A DNA stretch of 64,000 nucleotides from Azolla caroliniana (Eukaryota; Plantae; Polypodiophyta): assembly GCA_043228905.1 (NCBI GenBank), contig JBHGNT010000007.1, positions 11,656,001 through 11,720,000 on the forward strand. The letters are read 5' to 3'. Numbering within the stretch: the first letter of the stretch is position 1; the number at the start of each line of letters is the position of its first letter. The position numbers and the translations under genes are program-made. Below are positions 62,049 through 64,000 of this stretch, in pieces. The notes below the pieces were generated by a model that was not told the origin of the DNA, searched no databases, and was given only the letters and a program-made list of their open reading frames with translations.

Positions 62049-62329
62049 TGATGTGGAATACGCGGATTAATCTCCGGCCACAACCGAAGCGTAGATCTCT
62101 TGATGACAATCAAAACACAGACGAAATGGCAATGGAGGTAAGTCGACAAAACAGAAAGAGAATACACAGGATATTAACGTGGAAAACCCTAAGAGGGAAA
62201 AACCATGGGAGTCCACAGACTCCAAACTATCACTCTGTAAAGTAATACAACAGGGAGCACAAAGGCAACGACCTCTTGCTCACAATCTTCGCCTAGAGAC
62301 GGTTACAACAGAGACACAATCTCTGTATG

Positions 62330-62363
<34 letters not shown>

Positions 62364-62692
62364 GCACTGTACAGAGGTTACACCAATAACTTTATCATCA
62401 TAACTATTAAGTTTGCCCTAGGTCATATTTATACTAATATGACTTTCGGGCTATTTACAAATATAGCCCCATTGGGCTCTCTGGAACATATTTACATATA
62501 TGTCCCTTCCATCCGATGAGAGGTTCTCACCGGGCCTACAAAATCCGGTTTTCAATGGGTCTTCCTTGCCAGGTACTCGTCATCCGGTTCTCTTCTGTTG
62601 CCGGGTACTCCACATCTGGATTCGGCCTCGGTCGAGTTGCTCATCAACACTGTTCTTCTCACTTCCCATCCGGAGGGACCTGTTTCCTAACA
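62049..62692 (-). mobile_element. Solo LTR (family H) inserted into RT of J, TSD TGCTC
   Basis: TG...CA termini; TGCTC at 62044 and 62693; J reading PGKEH|W continues across it. Confidence 0.9.
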
Positions 62693-63067
62693 TGCTCTTT
62701 CCCGGGATTGCTCATATATCGGTTGACCACTCCGATGGCGTATCCAATGTCCGGCCTGGTACACACCATTGCGTACATCAGGCTTCCAACCGCCGAGGCA
62801 TAGGGGACTTTTGACATCTTGGCCTTTTTGGTTTTCGATTTCGGACATTGATCTTTACTCAACTTGCAGTTCGTCAGCAGTGTTGAGCCGACCGCTTTCG
62901 CGCCTTCCATGCCGAATCTCTAAAGCACCTTTGTCACATATTTCTCCTGTGACAGCCATAGCAATTTCTTTGTTCTATACCGAACAATGTGCATACCCAG
63001 GATTTGCTTTGTCGGACCCATATCCTTCATCGAGAATGACTTGTTCAAAGCCTTCTTCAGTGCTCGA

Positions 63068-63373
63068 ATCTTCATATGGTCCCGTCCGACAATTAGCATT
63101 TCGTCCACGTACAACAAAAGGATGAGGAAATCTTCTCCATCGAACTTGTTCACAAATACGTAGTGATTGGCCTGCGTTTTGTGGTACCCGTTTTCGGTCA
63201 TGAAGGGTTCGAATTTTCGGATCTTCATATGGTCCCATCTGACAATTAGCATTTTGTCCATGTACAACAAAACGATGAGGAAATCTCCTCCATCGAACTT
63301 CTTCACAAATACGCAGTGATTGGGCTGTGTTTTGTGGTACCCGTTTTCGGTCATGAAGGGTTCGAATTTTCGG
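63068..63373 (-). repeat. 153-bp in-frame tandem duplication in RT of J
   Basis: RKFEPFMTENGYHKTQ..LLY(M/V)D..DHMKI occurs twice. Confidence 0.9.
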
Positions 63374-64000
63374 TACCATTGTTGTGGAACCTGCTTCAAC
63401 CCGTACAAACTCTTCCTAAATCGACATACCAAGTTTTCTTTACCTTTCATTACGAATCCTTTCGGCTGCTGCATATATATCTCCTCTTTGGGATCTCCGT
63501 GCAGAAACGCCATCTTGACATCCAATTGTTCGAATTCAAGATCCATGCTGGCCGCAATGCTCAACACGGTTCGGATGGATGTCATCTTCACTACCGGGGA
63601 AAATATTTCATCGAAATTTATGCCCTTCTTCTATTGAAACCCTTTTACGACAATTCGTGCTTTTTATTTGGGTGGATTTCGGCCATCTCCTCGTTTCAAC
63701 TTGTATACCCACTTATTTCAGAGTGCCTTCTTCCCCTTCGGCAACTTGGTCAATTTGTATGTGTGGTTCTCATGCAAGCAATCCATCTCCTCTTGCATGG
63801 CACGTAACCACTCTCGGCTGTGGGTATCTTTCTTAGCTTCTTTATAGCTTTCCAGCTCCCCCTCATCGGTTAGCAGTACACGTTCTTCATCTGGAAATCT
63901 TTGGGGGGCTCTTCGCTCTCTAAGGGGGTATCTTCGGCCTACGTTCGGTATGGTTAGTCCATCTTCAACCTCTTCTTCTGAGTCCATTTCGGTTCCTCAT

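Larger units (their letters stand above)
60930..64000 (-). mobile_element. Tnt1-like copia element J (3' LTR ~60930-61475, RH, RT), runs off the window
   Basis: PPT AAGGGGGA at ~61486-61479; EQLDVKMAFLHG, SLYGLKQ, YASAVGSLMYAMVCTRPDI, STTEAEYMA. Confidence 0.9.

Overview
This is eukaryotic plant DNA, not bacterial. The PLS-class PPR fragments, a Tcn1-like chromovirus and the retroelement lineages point to a non-seed plant, probably a fern (inference). The window is almost entirely a nest of retrotransposons. Ty3/gypsy: a near-intact chromovirus (1-4406) fused tail-to-tail to an inverted sibling (4423-9144); a Tcn1/sushi-like chromovirus with a -1 frameshift signal (13434-28892); a young, complete non-chromovirus gypsy with a third ORF (19507-28874, TSD GCGAT); and several decayed elements. 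Ty1/copia: two related elements (30079-36139, 38193-44072), further copia remnants and solo LTRs. There are also LINE remnants and tandem repeats. No intact host gene is evident. Best leads: (1) the young gypsy has no polypurine tract; a copy of a tRNA 3' end (ending CCA) sits in its place and is complementary to the element's own PBS, suggesting dual-tRNA priming or self-priming; (2) two unrelated LTR families carry antisense tRNA-like Pol III A/B boxes; (3) a TSD-flanked, poly(A)-tailed LINE insertion carries intronless PPR and nucleotide-sugar-transporter fragments; (4) a regularly spaced palindrome array lies in a chromovirus 5' leader. All coordinates were read by eye. Family and tRNA assignments are from memory and were not database-checked.
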